In this document: piece after piece, positions 9,630 to 19,628 of the stretch
How the letters are laid out: every line of letters begins with the position of its first letter
How positions within the stretch are numbered: the first letter of the stretch is position 1
IMG/VR virus record: IMGVR_UViG_3300047400_000334
Location: 1-28,892 of that record
Strand: one strand, 5' to 3'
DNA length: 28,892 bases
Source: a virus
Taxonomy: Duplodnaviria > Caudoviricetes
Program-made: the position numbers and the translations under genes
Notes under the pieces: generated by a model
Told to the model about the DNA's origin: nothing
Databases searched by the model: none
What the model saw: only the letters and a program-made list of their open reading frames with translations

Positions 9630-9656
9630 GTAGAATCCCCGTGCATTGCACGGAGG
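9630..9656 (+). promoter_or_regulatory. GTAGAAT -10-like box followed by hairpin CCGTGC-ATT-GCACGG overlapping the GGAGG RBS
   Basis: Direct sequence inspection; ATG at 9661. Confidence 0.5.
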
Positions 9657-9660
9657 TTTT

Positions 9661-9999
9661 ATGAACTGGATCGAGCATAAACGTCTCTTCGATAAGATCG
9701 TAAACGATGAGACGGATCTTCTTTATAAGAAGGGTCTTGAGTATGCTGGCGGCACAGATTCTTTGGCTAACTTCAAAGATTGTGACGATATAGGTATCGA
9801 TCCAAAGCAAAAACTATGGATATTCTTATCTAAGCACCTATCGTCAATCAAAAGTTACATCAAGAACGGAACCGAGTACTCGACCGAAAGCATAGAAGGC
9901 AGAATAAATGATGCAAGAAATTATCTTGCTTTGCTTTATATGTTGATTCAGGAAGAGAAAGCGGAGAAGGCAAAAGCTCAATTAGACAAGGCAAAATGA
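9661..9999 (+). CDS. Small helical protein resembling DUF1599 / nucleotide-modification-associated domain proteins
   Basis: KGLEYAG...ANF, KHLSS and ESIEGRINDARNY patterns; start moved to ATG 9661, which follows GGAGG. Confidence 0.5.
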   Translation: MNWIEHKRLFDKIVNDETDLLYKKGLEYAGGTDSLANFKDCDDIGIDPKQKLWIFLSKHLSSIKSYIKNGTEYSTESIEGRINDARNYLALLYMLIQEEKAEKAKAQLDKAK

Positions 10000-11588
10000 T
10001 GAAAGACAAGAAAAGTCAAATAGTCAAGACGTACGTTAAGCTTGCTAAGAAACTAAAACGCGACGTCAAGATGAAGGATCTTCAGGAAGTCGATATCACA
10101 AAAGACATGGTGTCTCATCACTTTGGCTCCTTGTCTGCCTTGGAGAGAGTTGCGCGCAACTACAAACCAGATAATTTCTTTGATGTGCCGGTTGAAAGTC
10201 TTTATTCCCAAAAAGCTTTAGCTTCGCTGAGGGACGATGTTAAGTCTTATTCTAAGTTTGTTATCACAACTGCGGTTACTGGATGCGACGTACACGATAA
10301 GTTTTATGCGTCAATAAGAACATACTGCAAAGAAAACGACGCGAAGCTCCTTATCCTGATGTCGTCCGATCCTGCTCATACTAAATCAAGAGAATGGGGA
10401 ACTATCGCGTCGAAGCTGAAGGGCGAAACCATAGTTCTAGAAGATACGAAATTAAACTCAAACGTGTTTCTATCTACGATAAAACTATCAGCGAAGCATA
10501 TCGATCCCACTACCGGGCTTGGTCGAATAGGTCAAAGAAACGGTACATTCGTTTATGCTTCGCCCAAGCAAAGACTCAAGGCGGTTCCAACGTCCAACAG
10601 CGAGCTTCCTCATTTCATGATGACGACAGGCGCTATTACAGCATCAAACTACAACTCTGAGATGTATATGTCTCAGAGGACCGCGTACATCGCCGAGCAT
10701 GATCACGTTCTTGGTGCGGTTATCGTTGAGATCAAGGATGACAAGATCTATCACTTTAGACAGATCCAGGCTGATGCCAAAGGTTCGTTCTTTGACTTAG
10801 GCGTTAAATACACACCGACCGGCTTCTCTGATTCAAGGCCAGAAGCTTTCGTATTAGGCGACTGGCACGCAGGATCTACTGATCCTAAAGCAAGACAAGC
10901 ATGGTTCGACGTCGCAGAGCTTACTTCACCCAAGCGCATCATACTACACGATGCGTTCGATGGCATGTCGATCAACCACCACGAGCAGCATTACAAACTA
11001 CTAAAAGCAAAACGAGCAGAAAATGGTCAACTTTCTCTTGCAGAAGAATTAAAGATTCTAGCAAAAGATCTTGAAAGCATTTCTGCTTTAACAGACGAAG
11101 TGGTGATCGTAAAATCAAATCACGATCAGTTCCTAGAACGGTACCTTCAGGAAGCCCGATACGTTCAAGATCCACACAACCATAGGTTGGCGTTGAAGCT
11201 CGCTATAGAGGTTCTCGACGGCAAGGATCCGCTTAAATCGGCCATAACTGAGCTCCTTAAGCCTGAAGCGTCTAAGAAGATCAGATGGCTCTCAATAGAT
11301 GACGACTATGCCGTAGAAGAGATACAGTGCGGCGCACATGGGCATCTAGGTGCCAACGGTGCAAGAGGAAGCCTACAATCAATGGAAGCCTCATACGGCA
11401 ACTCTGTGTCTGGCCATTCTCATACGCCCGAGATCATGCGCGGAGCATGGTGTGTAGGGACTTCTTCATACCTCAAGCTTGATTACAACAAGGGAAGTTC
11501 ATCCTGGCTCCACTCGTCATGCTTGATTCACCAAGGCGGATCTAGGCAGCTGGTAAATGCCATAGACGGCGAATGGCACGTCGAATGA
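9996..11588 (+). CDS. Calcineurin-like metallophosphoesterase with N-terminal extension
   Basis: GDWH, HDAFDG, SNHD, HGH and GHSH motifs in the C-terminal half; N-terminal HTH-like segment (SHHFGSLS). Confidence 0.8.
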   Translation: MMKDKKSQIVKTYVKLAKKLKRDVKMKDLQEVDITKDMVSHHFGSLSALERVARNYKPDNFFDVPVESLYSQKALASLRDDVKSYSKFVITTAVTGCDVHDKFYASIRTYCKENDAKLLILMSSDPAHTKSREWGTIASKLKGETIVLEDTKLNSNVFLSTIKLSAKHIDPTTGLGRIGQRNGTFVYASPKQRLKAVPTSNSELPHFMMTTGAITASNYNSEMYMSQRTAYIAEHDHVLGAVIVEIKDDKIYHFRQIQADAKGSFFDLGVKYTPTGFSDSRPEAFVLGDWHAGSTDPKARQAWFDVAELTSPKRIILHDAFDGMSINHHEQHYKLLKAKRAENGQLSLAEELKILAKDLESISALTDEVVIVKSNHDQFLERYLQEARYVQDPHNHRLALKLAIEVLDGKDPLKSAITELLKPEASKKIRWLSIDDDYAVEEIQCGAHGHLGANGARGSLQSMEASYGNSVSGHSHTPEIMRGAWCVGTSSYLKLDYNKGSSSWLHSSCLIHQGGSRQLVNAIDGEWHVE

Positions 11589-11590
11589 TC

Positions 11591-11620
11591 GTATAATCCG
11601 ATGGAATAAACCATCGGAGA
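11591..11620 (+). promoter_or_regulatory. GTATAAT -10-like box plus 8-bp hairpin (TCCGATGG-AATAAA-CCATCGGA) overlapping the RBS of dnaE
   Basis: Perfect inverted repeat 11597-11604/11611-11618; GGAG at 11616-11619. Confidence 0.6.
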
Positions 11621-11624
11621 AGAG

Positions 11625-14600
11625 ATGAAAGCCTACCTTTACCTCGACGTCGAGACGACAGGCCTCAACCCATACACCAACGATATCATACAGCTCGCTT
11701 GCATCCCCATCATCGATGGGGTCGAGCATGAGCCGTTTAACCAATATTGCCAACCTATAAATTGGAACAACATAGAAGAAGCCGCACTTAAGGTTCATGG
11801 AATCACCCGCGAACAAATATTGACCTTTCAATCGCCTTCCGATCTGGTCGATAATTTCGTTAAATATCTTTCTAAGTTTAAAGTTAAATTCGTGATGTCT
11901 GGTTACAATACGAACTTCGATCGATCTTTCGTGTCGTCCTTGTTTCAAAAAGTAGGACGCCAGAGCGAGTTTGCGTCGTATTTTTCTAGCGAGATACGAG
12001 ACGTCTACATAAGGGCTAAAGGCGTTAAAGATCAACTTAAGACTACTAAGTTTAAGCTTGTGAATCTCGCTGAAGAGTTTGGCATAGAGATCAATGCTCA
12101 CGAAGCAATGAGCGATATCAAGGCCACTTATCTAGTTGACATGCGTATCGCAGAACTGGTCGGTGAGCAGTTTGCTGAAGTCTCTATAGTTGATAACATC
12201 GAACCATTAGGCATAAAGAATCTGCCACTACTGCATGTTCACTCAGAATATAGCAATACCGACTCAGTTGTATCAGTTGAGGATTGGGTTCTGTGGGCTT
12301 ATAAGAATGATGCTAAAGCCGTAGCTTTCCCAGATCATCATTGGGCTGCCTCTTTATATAAGTCTATAAACTTTAAGGCTGTTGCAGACAGAATAAAGAA
12401 GATCCACAAAGTCTCAGTTCCAGAAGGTGCTGTAACAATCGTTCCTGCCATAAGCATAAACGTATCTGTTACCGGAAACCCGATGGATCACTTCAGGCTA
12501 AACGCTTGGGCTGTCTCAAATCAAGGCTATTTCAATCTGCTAAAGCTCTCTTCTTTAGGCTGGGATAAAGCCATAGAAGACTCAGATGTAAAGATGGCCG
12601 TTGTGCATATCGATGAAGTTGCGAAATATAAAGAAGGCGTCGTTTTCGGTAGCGCGTGTGACAAAGGGCTTATAGCGTACCTATTCCTTAGGGAATCGAA
12701 GGACATACGTTTAGAAGTAGATAAGGTACGAAAGAAACTAGGATCACTGATACTCGAACTATTGCCGATCGATGTCACAAAACACTTTGGCAAAGGTATA
12801 GGTTTTAGATCATTTCAAACCACAACAAACCTAACAGAATCAGTCAATCAAATAGTAGCAGATCTAATTGACTCTGGAAAGTACGATTTTATAGTATCTT
12901 CTGCGGCACACTATATCGATCAAGACGATAAAGTCCTTCAAGACGTTGTCTCAAAATCTTCCTTCAAGGATAAGAGATTCTTCTATGAGTCTCGCCATCA
13001 AAGGCCCATGGATGAGCAGTACGCTATACTTAAGCGCCACCTAAAGAACTGGATGACCTTGGACAAGATCGAGTTGGCTCGCGCAACGGCTGACAAGATA
13101 GTAGACGAAGCTTCAAAGATCTCGATAAAGCATGAATACCATCTACCAAAGATCCCTATCCCAGAGTCTATATCGTCGCACACCGATGACTACGACAAGC
13201 AGTTATATTTATTGCTGATGGCAAAGATAAAGGAACACGGTCGATGGTCCGATGATCCTGAGTACGTATCTCGGTTCAAGAAAGAATTGAACGTAATATG
13301 GAAGAACTCTAGACTTAACTTCTTGCCGTACTTCTTGATGTACGAGGACATATGCGCCTACGCTAGATCCAAAGGCATCCTTCAGAATCTTGCTCGTGGT
13401 TCTGCTGGCGGATGCTTGATATCGTATTACTTGAAGATCATCCACGTCAACCCGATAGAAGAAAAGCTGCCGTTCGAGCGCTTCCTAAGCCACGCCCGTA
13501 TCAACGCTAGTAGTTTCCCAGACATCGATCTAGACCTTGGAAACCGCACCCCTGTTCTAAAGTATCTGGCTGAAAAATACGGCGTAGGTTTCGCTCAGAT
13601 CGGTACGATACAAAAGTTCAAGACCAAGAACGCCCTGAAGGACGCGATGTTTGCCATATTCGGCAGAAGCCGTACCGACCGAGAAGTCATGGATGTTTGT
13701 CAGACCATCCCAGACTCTCCACAGGGCCTCGATGAAACCGACTTCTTATATGGCTACACTGACTCAGAGGGCGTTTATCACAGAGGCAATTTAGAGGACA
13801 ACGAGGTTCTTCAAGCATTCTTCAAGCAATACCCAGAGATCGAGCAGGTAACAAAACGCCTGATCGGTCTGCCTAAGGGCATGGGTAGGCATGCTTCAGC
13901 TTTTGTTATATCGACTCTCGACATCTCGCATGAGCGCGTTCCGACCATGATATTCGAGGATGAAGAACTTGGTCCTGTGCCTGTGACTCAGTTTGAGGCG
14001 CCGATGATCGAGAAGTCTGGTCTCGTAAAGGCAGATGTTCTTGGTCTAACCACCATCAAGACCATAGAAATAGTCGTAGACCTAGTTAAGCGCAACACGG
14101 GCATCGATCTTCTCGAGGAAGACGACAGAGGCGTTCAGATGCTTTATCGTTTGCCAGAGGATCCAGGCGTTTACGAAGACTTCTACAAGCGAAAAACCGA
14201 TTCGTCTTTTCAGTTCAACACGGATCTTATCAAAAGCTACATCAAGCAGTTCGCTCCTGTATGTCGCAAAGATCTAGCTGACCTTACTGCTTTATGTCGC
14301 CCAGGTGCATTAGATGTCGAGTTTATCCCAGGCGTGTCTGCTACACAGTTCTATATAGACGTAAGAAACGGCGCTCGAGAGCCAGAATATATACACGAAG
14401 ATCTTCGTGAGATACTCGAGGAAACCAATGGGGTAGTGACGTACCAAGAGCAACTCATGGAGATCCTGGTTAAGTTTTGCGGCTATACGCTCGAAGAATC
14501 TGACCAGATCAGATCTGCGATTGCAAAGAAGAAGCGCGACGTGATGACCAAGGCTTTTGACAAAGTTAGAACAGAGACCGCGAAGCACGGCTGGACGCTT

Positions 14601-15650
14601 GATCAAGCAGAAGAATTATGCAAGGTTTTGGAAGCATACTCCAATTACAGTTTTAACCGCTCACATTCCGCTGCATATGGACACCTCGGCTACATCACCA
14701 TGTACCTTAAACGAAACTTTCCACTAGAGTGGTGGGCGGCAGAACTCAACAACTCAGGCGAAGACAAGATCCGCCACTACGTCTCTATTCTAGGCGATCA
14801 GATAATTCCACCGTCTATCCGCAATCCTTCAGATAAGTTTGCCATAGTTGGGAAGCGTATCGCAGCTCCACTTTCGACCGTTAAGGGTTTGGGCCCTGCC
14901 AGCATAAAGAACATAATCGCAAAAGGACCGTTTACCTCCTTTGAAGATTTCGTCACCAAGACCAATGGCCCAGTAAACTCGTCCCATTTCTGGGCCTTAC
15001 TAAAGGCAGGAGCATTTGATGAATTGGCAGACGACTCAGAGTCCATAACCGAAGCGCGTGAAAGATTTATAGCTTATTACACTAAACTAAAGAAGATACG
15101 AAAGGTACCAGAAGAAGTTGCTGACGTATCGCCGCTTAACATCTTTCTAAATCAGCGAGAGATCTATAAGTGTTTCAATAAAGCCGTACTCGACGATCCC
15201 TATATAAGGAGGCAAATATCCGAGATGTGGCCTGCTATGCGCGAGACCAGAAGAAAAGACATACCGTTGGCGTTTGGCTCAACTCCAGCCGTACCGGTAA
15301 TAGCATCTGTAAGCGTAGCAGAAAAACTGATCGCCTCTCAAGAGTCAAGCGAAAACCCGTCTTCCATAAAAGTTGCTATGATAGGACTATATCAGTCATC
15401 GGAACACGCAGAAGGTATATCTAAGCACGGTAAACCATGGTCGCGAGTGAGGATGATATTATCCGATGGCTTGTCCTCTATGGAGTGCGTTAAGTGGGAT
15501 CAGAAGAAGGCCTTCCGTTTTCCTGTAGACTCGCTTGTTTATGTTATGGGAAACCTTAAACGAGGATGGCGCGGTGCACCAACCATAGAGATACTTGAAG
15601 TAGAGAGAGTGGAAAGTCAGGAGACTTTAAATAATAGAAAGACGCGTTAG
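11625..15650 (+). CDS. dnaE: Family C DNA polymerase III alpha with fused N-terminal DEDDh 3'-5' exonuclease
   Basis: LDVETTG...YNTNFD...HEAMSD exonuclease; PHP LHVHSEYS; RGSAGG, FERFL, PDIDLD, GRHASA, KADVLGL, YQEQLM, FNRSHS; C-terminal OB-like region. Confidence 0.95.
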   Translation: MKAYLYLDVETTGLNPYTNDIIQLACIPIIDGVEHEPFNQYCQPINWNNIEEAALKVHGITREQILTFQSPSDLVDNFVKYLSKFKVKFVMSGYNTNFDRSFVSSLFQKVGRQSEFASYFSSEIRDVYIRAKGVKDQLKTTKFKLVNLAEEFGIEINAHEAMSDIKATYLVDMRIAELVGEQFAEVSIVDNIEPLGIKNLPLLHVHSEYSNTDSVVSVEDWVLWAYKNDAKAVAFPDHHWAASLYKSINFKAVADRIKKIHKVSVPEGAVTIVPAISINVSVTGNPMDHFRLNAWAVSNQGYFNLLKLSSLGWDKAIEDSDVKMAVVHIDEVAKYKEGVVFGSACDKGLIAYLFLRESKDIRLEVDKVRKKLGSLILELLPIDVTKHFGKGIGFRSFQTTTNLTESVNQIVADLIDSGKYDFIVSSAAHYIDQDDKVLQDVVSKSSFKDKRFFYESRHQRPMDEQYAILKRHLKNWMTLDKIELARATADKIVDEASKISIKHEYHLPKIPIPESISSHTDDYDKQLYLLLMAKIKEHGRWSDDPEYVSRFKKELNVIWKNSRLNFLPYFLMYEDICAYARSKGILQNLARGSAGGCLISYYLKIIHVNPIEEKLPFERFLSHARINASSFPDIDLDLGNRTPVLKYLAEKYGVGFAQIGTIQKFKTKNALKDAMFAIFGRSRTDREVMDVCQTIPDSPQGLDETDFLYGYTDSEGVYHRGNLEDNEVLQAFFKQYPEIEQVTKRLIGLPKGMGRHASAFVISTLDISHERVPTMIFEDEELGPVPVTQFEAPMIEKSGLVKADVLGLTTIKTIEIVVDLVKRNTGIDLLEEDDRGVQMLYRLPEDPGVYEDFYKRKTDSSFQFNTDLIKSYIKQFAPVCRKDLADLTALCRPGALDVEFIPGVSATQFYIDVRNGAREPEYIHEDLREILEETNGVVTYQEQLMEILVKFCGYTLEESDQIRSAIAKKKRDVMTKAFDKVRTETAKHGWTLDQAEELCKVLEAYSNYSFNRSHSAAYGHLGYITMYLKRNFPLEWWAAELNNSGEDKIRHYVSILGDQIIPPSIRNPSDKFAIVGKRIAAPLSTVKGLGPASIKNIIAKGPFTSFEDFVTKTNGPVNSSHFWALLKAGAFDELADDSESITEARERFIAYYTKLKKIRKVPEEVADVSPLNIFLNQREIYKCFNKAVLDDPYIRRQISEMWPAMRETRRKDIPLAFGSTPAVPVIASVSVAEKLIASQESSENPSSIKVAMIGLYQSSEHAEGISKHGKPWSRVRMILSDGLSSMECVKWDQKKAFRFPVDSLVYVMGNLKRGWRGAPTIEILEVERVESQETLNNRKTR

Positions 15651-15690
15651 TACAACAATATCTGCAACAAAATATCTCAAGGAGATAATC

Positions 15691-16443
15691 ATGGACAGCG
15701 TATACGTATCTGTAAGTAAAATGCCAACAGATCTCTCTTATCAAGAGATGACTTTAGCAAAACCTGATTTCTTAGAAGAAGTTAGAGCTTGCGTCAAAAG
15801 ACGAGGCGGATCAGATATCTTAGGCTTAAACTATCTAAGAGCGATTGCTGAGGAAATTGGAAGAAAATACGATCGTACCTTTAATCCGTACAGGAATGTT
15901 GTGCCATCGGATTACATAGGAAGATTTTGCAAAACCGACGAAGAAGTTGCAGCAGTTGTACACGAGATGTTTACAGCTCGGTACCCTCAAATTTATCAGA
16001 AGTATTATGAATACCTTTTGAGACAAAGATCTTTTGATATCAGAGTCATATATTTTGCTGGCGATGCGCACGATGAGGGCGTTTTTAATCGTCTTGGCAT
16101 TAGAAAGATCGATATGGATGAGATAAAGTCTCATCTAACGACGATTAAGACAAAGCCTATTAAAGAAGAAGCTTTAGATTCAGTAAAGAAAGCTGTAGAA
16201 AGTTTAAAAGATAAAAATGATACAAAAATATTATCCAGTGAATCGATAGAAAGTGCTCCTGTAGCTGAAGAACCTATATCTAATATTAACGAAAAAGAAA
16301 CATCTGATGCACTAGATAAGTTGGCTAATGTAGCCATTGCAGAAGATAAGGTTGCAAAACCAAGACCTGAAAAACCATCTCAATATCAAAGAAAGAACAA
16401 AGAGCCTAAATCTCAAGAAGGCACTGTTGATCAATCAACATAA
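15691..16443 (+). CDS. Hypothetical protein with low-complexity charged C-terminal tail
   Basis: AAGGAG RBS; globular-looking N-terminal ~140 aa. Confidence 0.7.
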   Translation: MDSVYVSVSKMPTDLSYQEMTLAKPDFLEEVRACVKRRGGSDILGLNYLRAIAEEIGRKYDRTFNPYRNVVPSDYIGRFCKTDEEVAAVVHEMFTARYPQIYQKYYEYLLRQRSFDIRVIYFAGDAHDEGVFNRLGIRKIDMDEIKSHLTTIKTKPIKEEALDSVKKAVESLKDKNDTKILSSESIESAPVAEEPISNINEKETSDALDKLANVAIAEDKVAKPRPEKPSQYQRKNKEPKSQEGTVDQST

Positions 16444-16444
16444 G

Positions 16445-16498
16445 GTATAATGATATCAGACAATTGTGTCTATTTGCTTTAAATTAGGAGAATATCAT
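16445..16498 (+). promoter_or_regulatory. GTATAAT -10-like box; ATGATAT (16450-16456) can pair with ATATCAT (16492-16498) over the start codon
   Basis: Direct sequence inspection. Confidence 0.5.
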
Positions 16499-17573
16499 GT
16501 CAAAGAGCACACTCAAGATCAATCTAGATTCCCTCAAAGAAAGAAAAGACTGGAAACGTCATCAGATCAATCAAGGCGACAACGTTTATAGGATTCTTCC
16601 TCCGTTTGGCGAAAATTCAGATGGTTATGCATATCGCCGCTGGGTTGTTGCGTGGCTGTCTGATCCTCAGACAGGTCGCCGTAGGCCTTATGCTTCACCT
16701 CGCTCGTTCGGTGAGGACTCATGTCCCGTAACGGAATATATCTCCCGTCTTGAAAAGAAGCGTGAAACAATCGAAGCTCAACTTAAGGCAGAAGGCCTCT
16801 CTAAAGAAGAGATCCGCGATACATTAAAACCAATCAGCGATATCATCTGGACTACGAAACCAAAAGCTGTATACGTTTATAACGCCTGCAATAAAGCTGG
16901 CGAAGTTGGTCTTCTTGAGCTTAAGAAGACAGCTCACGACGCAATGAAGAAGCAGATGATGCAGTACGTGACTGATTACGGTCAAGACCCAACGTCGCTC
17001 CTGTCCGAGGACGACGATGCCGGTGTATGGTTTAAGATTCGTCGCGACGGCGAGGGAACAAATACCGAATATTCTGTCGCTAAGAATCAAGCTAAAGAAA
17101 AAACAGCAAAAGGTATCAGCTACATCGACGATCGTGATCCTCTTCCGCAGAACGTCGTCGACAACTACGACAACCTAGGATACGATCTTACGACGCTTTA
17201 TAAACGCCTAGATCATGATGAGTTGCACCAAGTTTTAATGGCAAACATCGCCCAACTCGTAGTCTCTTGTCCAGAGGCCTTGGTCGAAGGTTTCGAGATC
17301 GAAACCTCAACTCCGGTTGCGCTAAAGAAACCTACTCCAGCAGTGGCTAAGAAACCCATCGCAACAAGATTCGACGACGTAGACGAGGATGACGAGCCAG
17401 CACCTCGATCGACAGCCAAGACTGCAAATGCATCTGTGGTTCATCGTCTAGAATCAACCCCTCCATGGGAAAGCAAGTCTTCTGCTCCAGCAAAGAAAGC
17501 ACCTGTGTCTAAGCAAAGATCTCAAGCCGACGACGAGATCTTCGCGTACGCAGAATCACTCCTCGACAATTGA
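16497..17573 (+). CDS. Single-stranded DNA-binding protein, T4 gp32-like
   Basis: YRILPP, CPV, GVWFKIRR...TEYSV pattern, acidic C-terminal tail; lies next to UvsY-like and RecA genes. Confidence 0.75.
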   Translation: MSKSTLKINLDSLKERKDWKRHQINQGDNVYRILPPFGENSDGYAYRRWVVAWLSDPQTGRRRPYASPRSFGEDSCPVTEYISRLEKKRETIEAQLKAEGLSKEEIRDTLKPISDIIWTTKPKAVYVYNACNKAGEVGLLELKKTAHDAMKKQMMQYVTDYGQDPTSLLSEDDDAGVWFKIRRDGEGTNTEYSVAKNQAKEKTAKGISYIDDRDPLPQNVVDNYDNLGYDLTTLYKRLDHDELHQVLMANIAQLVVSCPEALVEGFEIETSTPVALKKPTPAVAKKPIATRFDDVDEDDEPAPRSTAKTANASVVHRLESTPPWESKSSAPAKKAPVSKQRSQADDEIFAYAESLLDN

Positions 17574-17581
17574 GGTGAAAC

Positions 17582-18052
17582 GTGTCGGTAGACCTTGCAA
17601 CAATAGAGTCTACGCTAGAGGCGATCGATCTTAAGAAGATCGCCGAGTTCACTAGAAAGCTTAGCGATATCGGCCAAGGTTTCAACAAGATGATGGCTCC
17701 CGTATATCTACGGGAGTTCATCATCGCGTATGATGTTTCTTCGGTCATGCATGCTAAAGCAGTTCAAGCGGAACTCAACGCCAAGTCAGCGTTAGACACA
17801 GCAGAGGCGATCGCATATCTAGATCGAGCGCCGGATTTCTTCAAGCAGAGAAACGAGAAACCAACCGTGGAATCGCGTAAAGCATACGTGGCACTTGATC
17901 CAGACGTTCAATATGCCAAAGATGTGCACGCTAAGGCACAAGCCATGGCACTTCTCATGAAGAACAAGGTGCAAGAATTTAGATTTGCCATCGATGCGGT
18001 AAAAAAGCTATCAGAAGACGGTTATATGTCGCCTTGGGAAGGCATTAAATAA
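17582..18052 (+). CDS. UvsY-like recombination mediator
   Basis: Helical 156 aa with a KPTVESRKAYVALDPD segment; located between SSB and RecA; GTG start after GAGG. Confidence 0.55.
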   Translation: MSVDLATIESTLEAIDLKKIAEFTRKLSDIGQGFNKMMAPVYLREFIIAYDVSSVMHAKAVQAELNAKSALDTAEAIAYLDRAPDFFKQRNEKPTVESRKAYVALDPDVQYAKDVHAKAQAMALLMKNKVQEFRFAIDAVKKLSEDGYMSPWEGIK

Positions 18053-18063
18053 ACGGAGATATT

Positions 18064-19155
18064 ATGAGCACAAACAAATGGATGTCTAAGCTTACAAACG
18101 ATCTAGGTGTAGCAGCATCTAAACTTAAGACACAACAACCAAAACCTATCCGTTCGTGGAGTCCGTCTCTTAACTGGGCTACATGTCAAGGAGGATTCTT
18201 GCCTGGTAAGGTAAACATCCTCTACGGACCAGAGAGTTCTGGCAAGTCTATGCTTGCAATGATGGGTATCATTCAGCTTCAGAAACAAGATCCTGAAGCG
18301 TTGGCTGTATGGTTCGATGCAGAGTTCAGCTTCAATGCTCAGATGTTTGAGAAGCTAGGAGGCGACGCAGATCGTCTAGTGGTTCGTAAATCTAACGATC
18401 CAGTCAAGATCTTTGATTACATCGGCGGTGATTTGCTGGAGATGATCCAGGACGGTGCTCCTATCAGATCTATCGTCATCGACTCTATTAAATCGATTCG
18501 ATATCCTAAGGATGTAAGAAAGCAGACAACCGATCAGATCATGGGCGGTAGTGGGTCTCAATATCTCGGCAGCGCTCTTAAACTTGTTGTTCCTGTTATC
18601 GCTGAGCATAAGTTATTGACTTTCTTCATACAACAGGTCACTGCGCAAATGGATGTAATGAAGGCTTTGCGAAATCCATACGTCATCTCTGAAGGTCATG
18701 CGTTAAAGCATGCGGCAGATCTTATGTTAGAGATCACGCGCGTCGACTCAAAGAAAGGCGTACTGGAATCTGGCGAGACAATCACAGGTGCAGCAGCTCA
18801 GGTTGGTCATAAGGTTCGCGTTAAAGTTAAGAAGAACCGCATGGGTGCACCTGCACGTCAGGCAGAGTTTACGTTCCATTATGATCTTGGTGTGGTCGAC
18901 ACAGGCGGCGAGATATTTGAGCTGGCTAAAGCATTAGGCGTTATCAAGCATCCAGTCAATCCAGAGACCGGAAGAGAGAACATGCAGATGTGGGCGTTCA
19001 ATAACGATGCTCCAATCAGAGGCGAGCAGAATATGAAGAATCTGGTGATCTCAGACGAAGATCTCCAGAATCGCATTCTGGATGCCTGTTATCAGTATCA
19101 AGATGCCAAGGTCGAGACCGACTCCTCTGGATTTATAGAAGATGAAGCTCTATGA
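18064..19155 (+). CDS. recA: RecA/UvsX recombinase
   Basis: Walker A YGPESSGKS, FDAE, Walker B IVIDS, GHALKHAA, VKKNR. Confidence 0.93.
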   Translation: MSTNKWMSKLTNDLGVAASKLKTQQPKPIRSWSPSLNWATCQGGFLPGKVNILYGPESSGKSMLAMMGIIQLQKQDPEALAVWFDAEFSFNAQMFEKLGGDADRLVVRKSNDPVKIFDYIGGDLLEMIQDGAPIRSIVIDSIKSIRYPKDVRKQTTDQIMGGSGSQYLGSALKLVVPVIAEHKLLTFFIQQVTAQMDVMKALRNPYVISEGHALKHAADLMLEITRVDSKKGVLESGETITGAAAQVGHKVRVKVKKNRMGAPARQAEFTFHYDLGVVDTGGEIFELAKALGVIKHPVNPETGRENMQMWAFNNDAPIRGEQNMKNLVISDEDLQNRILDACYQYQDAKVETDSSGFIEDEAL

Positions 19156-19307
19156 TGGAGCAACAAACACAAGTAAGACGTTACTTAAGAAGCCGGGTCT
19201 TAATGATCCGGTTTGTTTCTATACTAAATATGCTTAAGATTACTAACCATCTAGAGCTTTCAAGTGTAGAAATGGAAAAAACAATGCTATTGGCAAATAG
19301 ACAATGA
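19155..19307 (+). CDS. Micro-ORF 1 (50 aa, MEQQTQVRRY...LANRQ)
   Basis: Start overlaps the recA stop (TGATG) and stop overlaps the next start (ATGA); shares a motif with the two following micro-ORFs. Confidence 0.55.
   Translation: MEQQTQVRRYLRSRVLMIRFVSILNMLKITNHLELSSVEMEKTMLLANRQ
19190..19220 (+). terminator. Possible intrinsic terminator or attenuator downstream of recA
   Basis: AAGCCGGGTC-TTAAT-GATCCGGTTT hairpin followed by GTTTCT. Confidence 0.35.
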
Positions 19308-19492
19308 TATACGATGACGATTACAGCGAAGATGTTAAGAATGAAGCTTATCATAATTTCATACTTTATGCTGCAGCTATAAGGTTTTTTAAAATACTTG
19401 GATCGTTAAAAATAGTAAAAATGAATTATTTGGCCGATTTCAGTCTTAGTGATCTAATATTGAAAAACAGGATAAATGATCATGACGTTTGA
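19304..19492 (+). CDS. Micro-ORF 2 (62 aa)
   Basis: Overlaps both neighbours; contains IRFFKILGSLKI. Confidence 0.6.
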   Translation: MIYDDDYSEDVKNEAYHNFILYAAAIRFFKILGSLKIVKMNYLADFSLSDLILKNRINDHDV

Positions 19493-19628
19493 AAGTATCA
19501 ATGTCGATACCTGGCAGATAAGCATAAACTTTGTAGACGCTCTAATAAAGATGCGAATAGCTGAACATAGCAGTAAAATGTTAAGTTTAGCATTTGCAAT
19601 AAATAGAACAAGAGATAACTCGCTATGA
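19482..19628 (+). CDS. Micro-ORF 3 (48 aa, MTFESINVDTW...RDNSL)
   Basis: Stop overlaps the ATG of the Mre11-like gene (ATGA); contains INFVDALIKMRI. Confidence 0.55.
   Translation: MTFESINVDTWQISINFVDALIKMRIAEHSSKMLSLAFAINRTRDNSL

Noticed and set aside
15650-15690. GTACAAC plus TATCTC/GAGATA hairpin over the RBS as another promoter-hairpin unit
   Set aside because: The box has two mismatches and the short hairpin would persist in a proximal transcript, so it is not counted as support
15691-16443. dNMP kinase assignment from the YLRAIAEEIGRKYD segment
   Set aside because: No P-loop is present and the similarity is too weak
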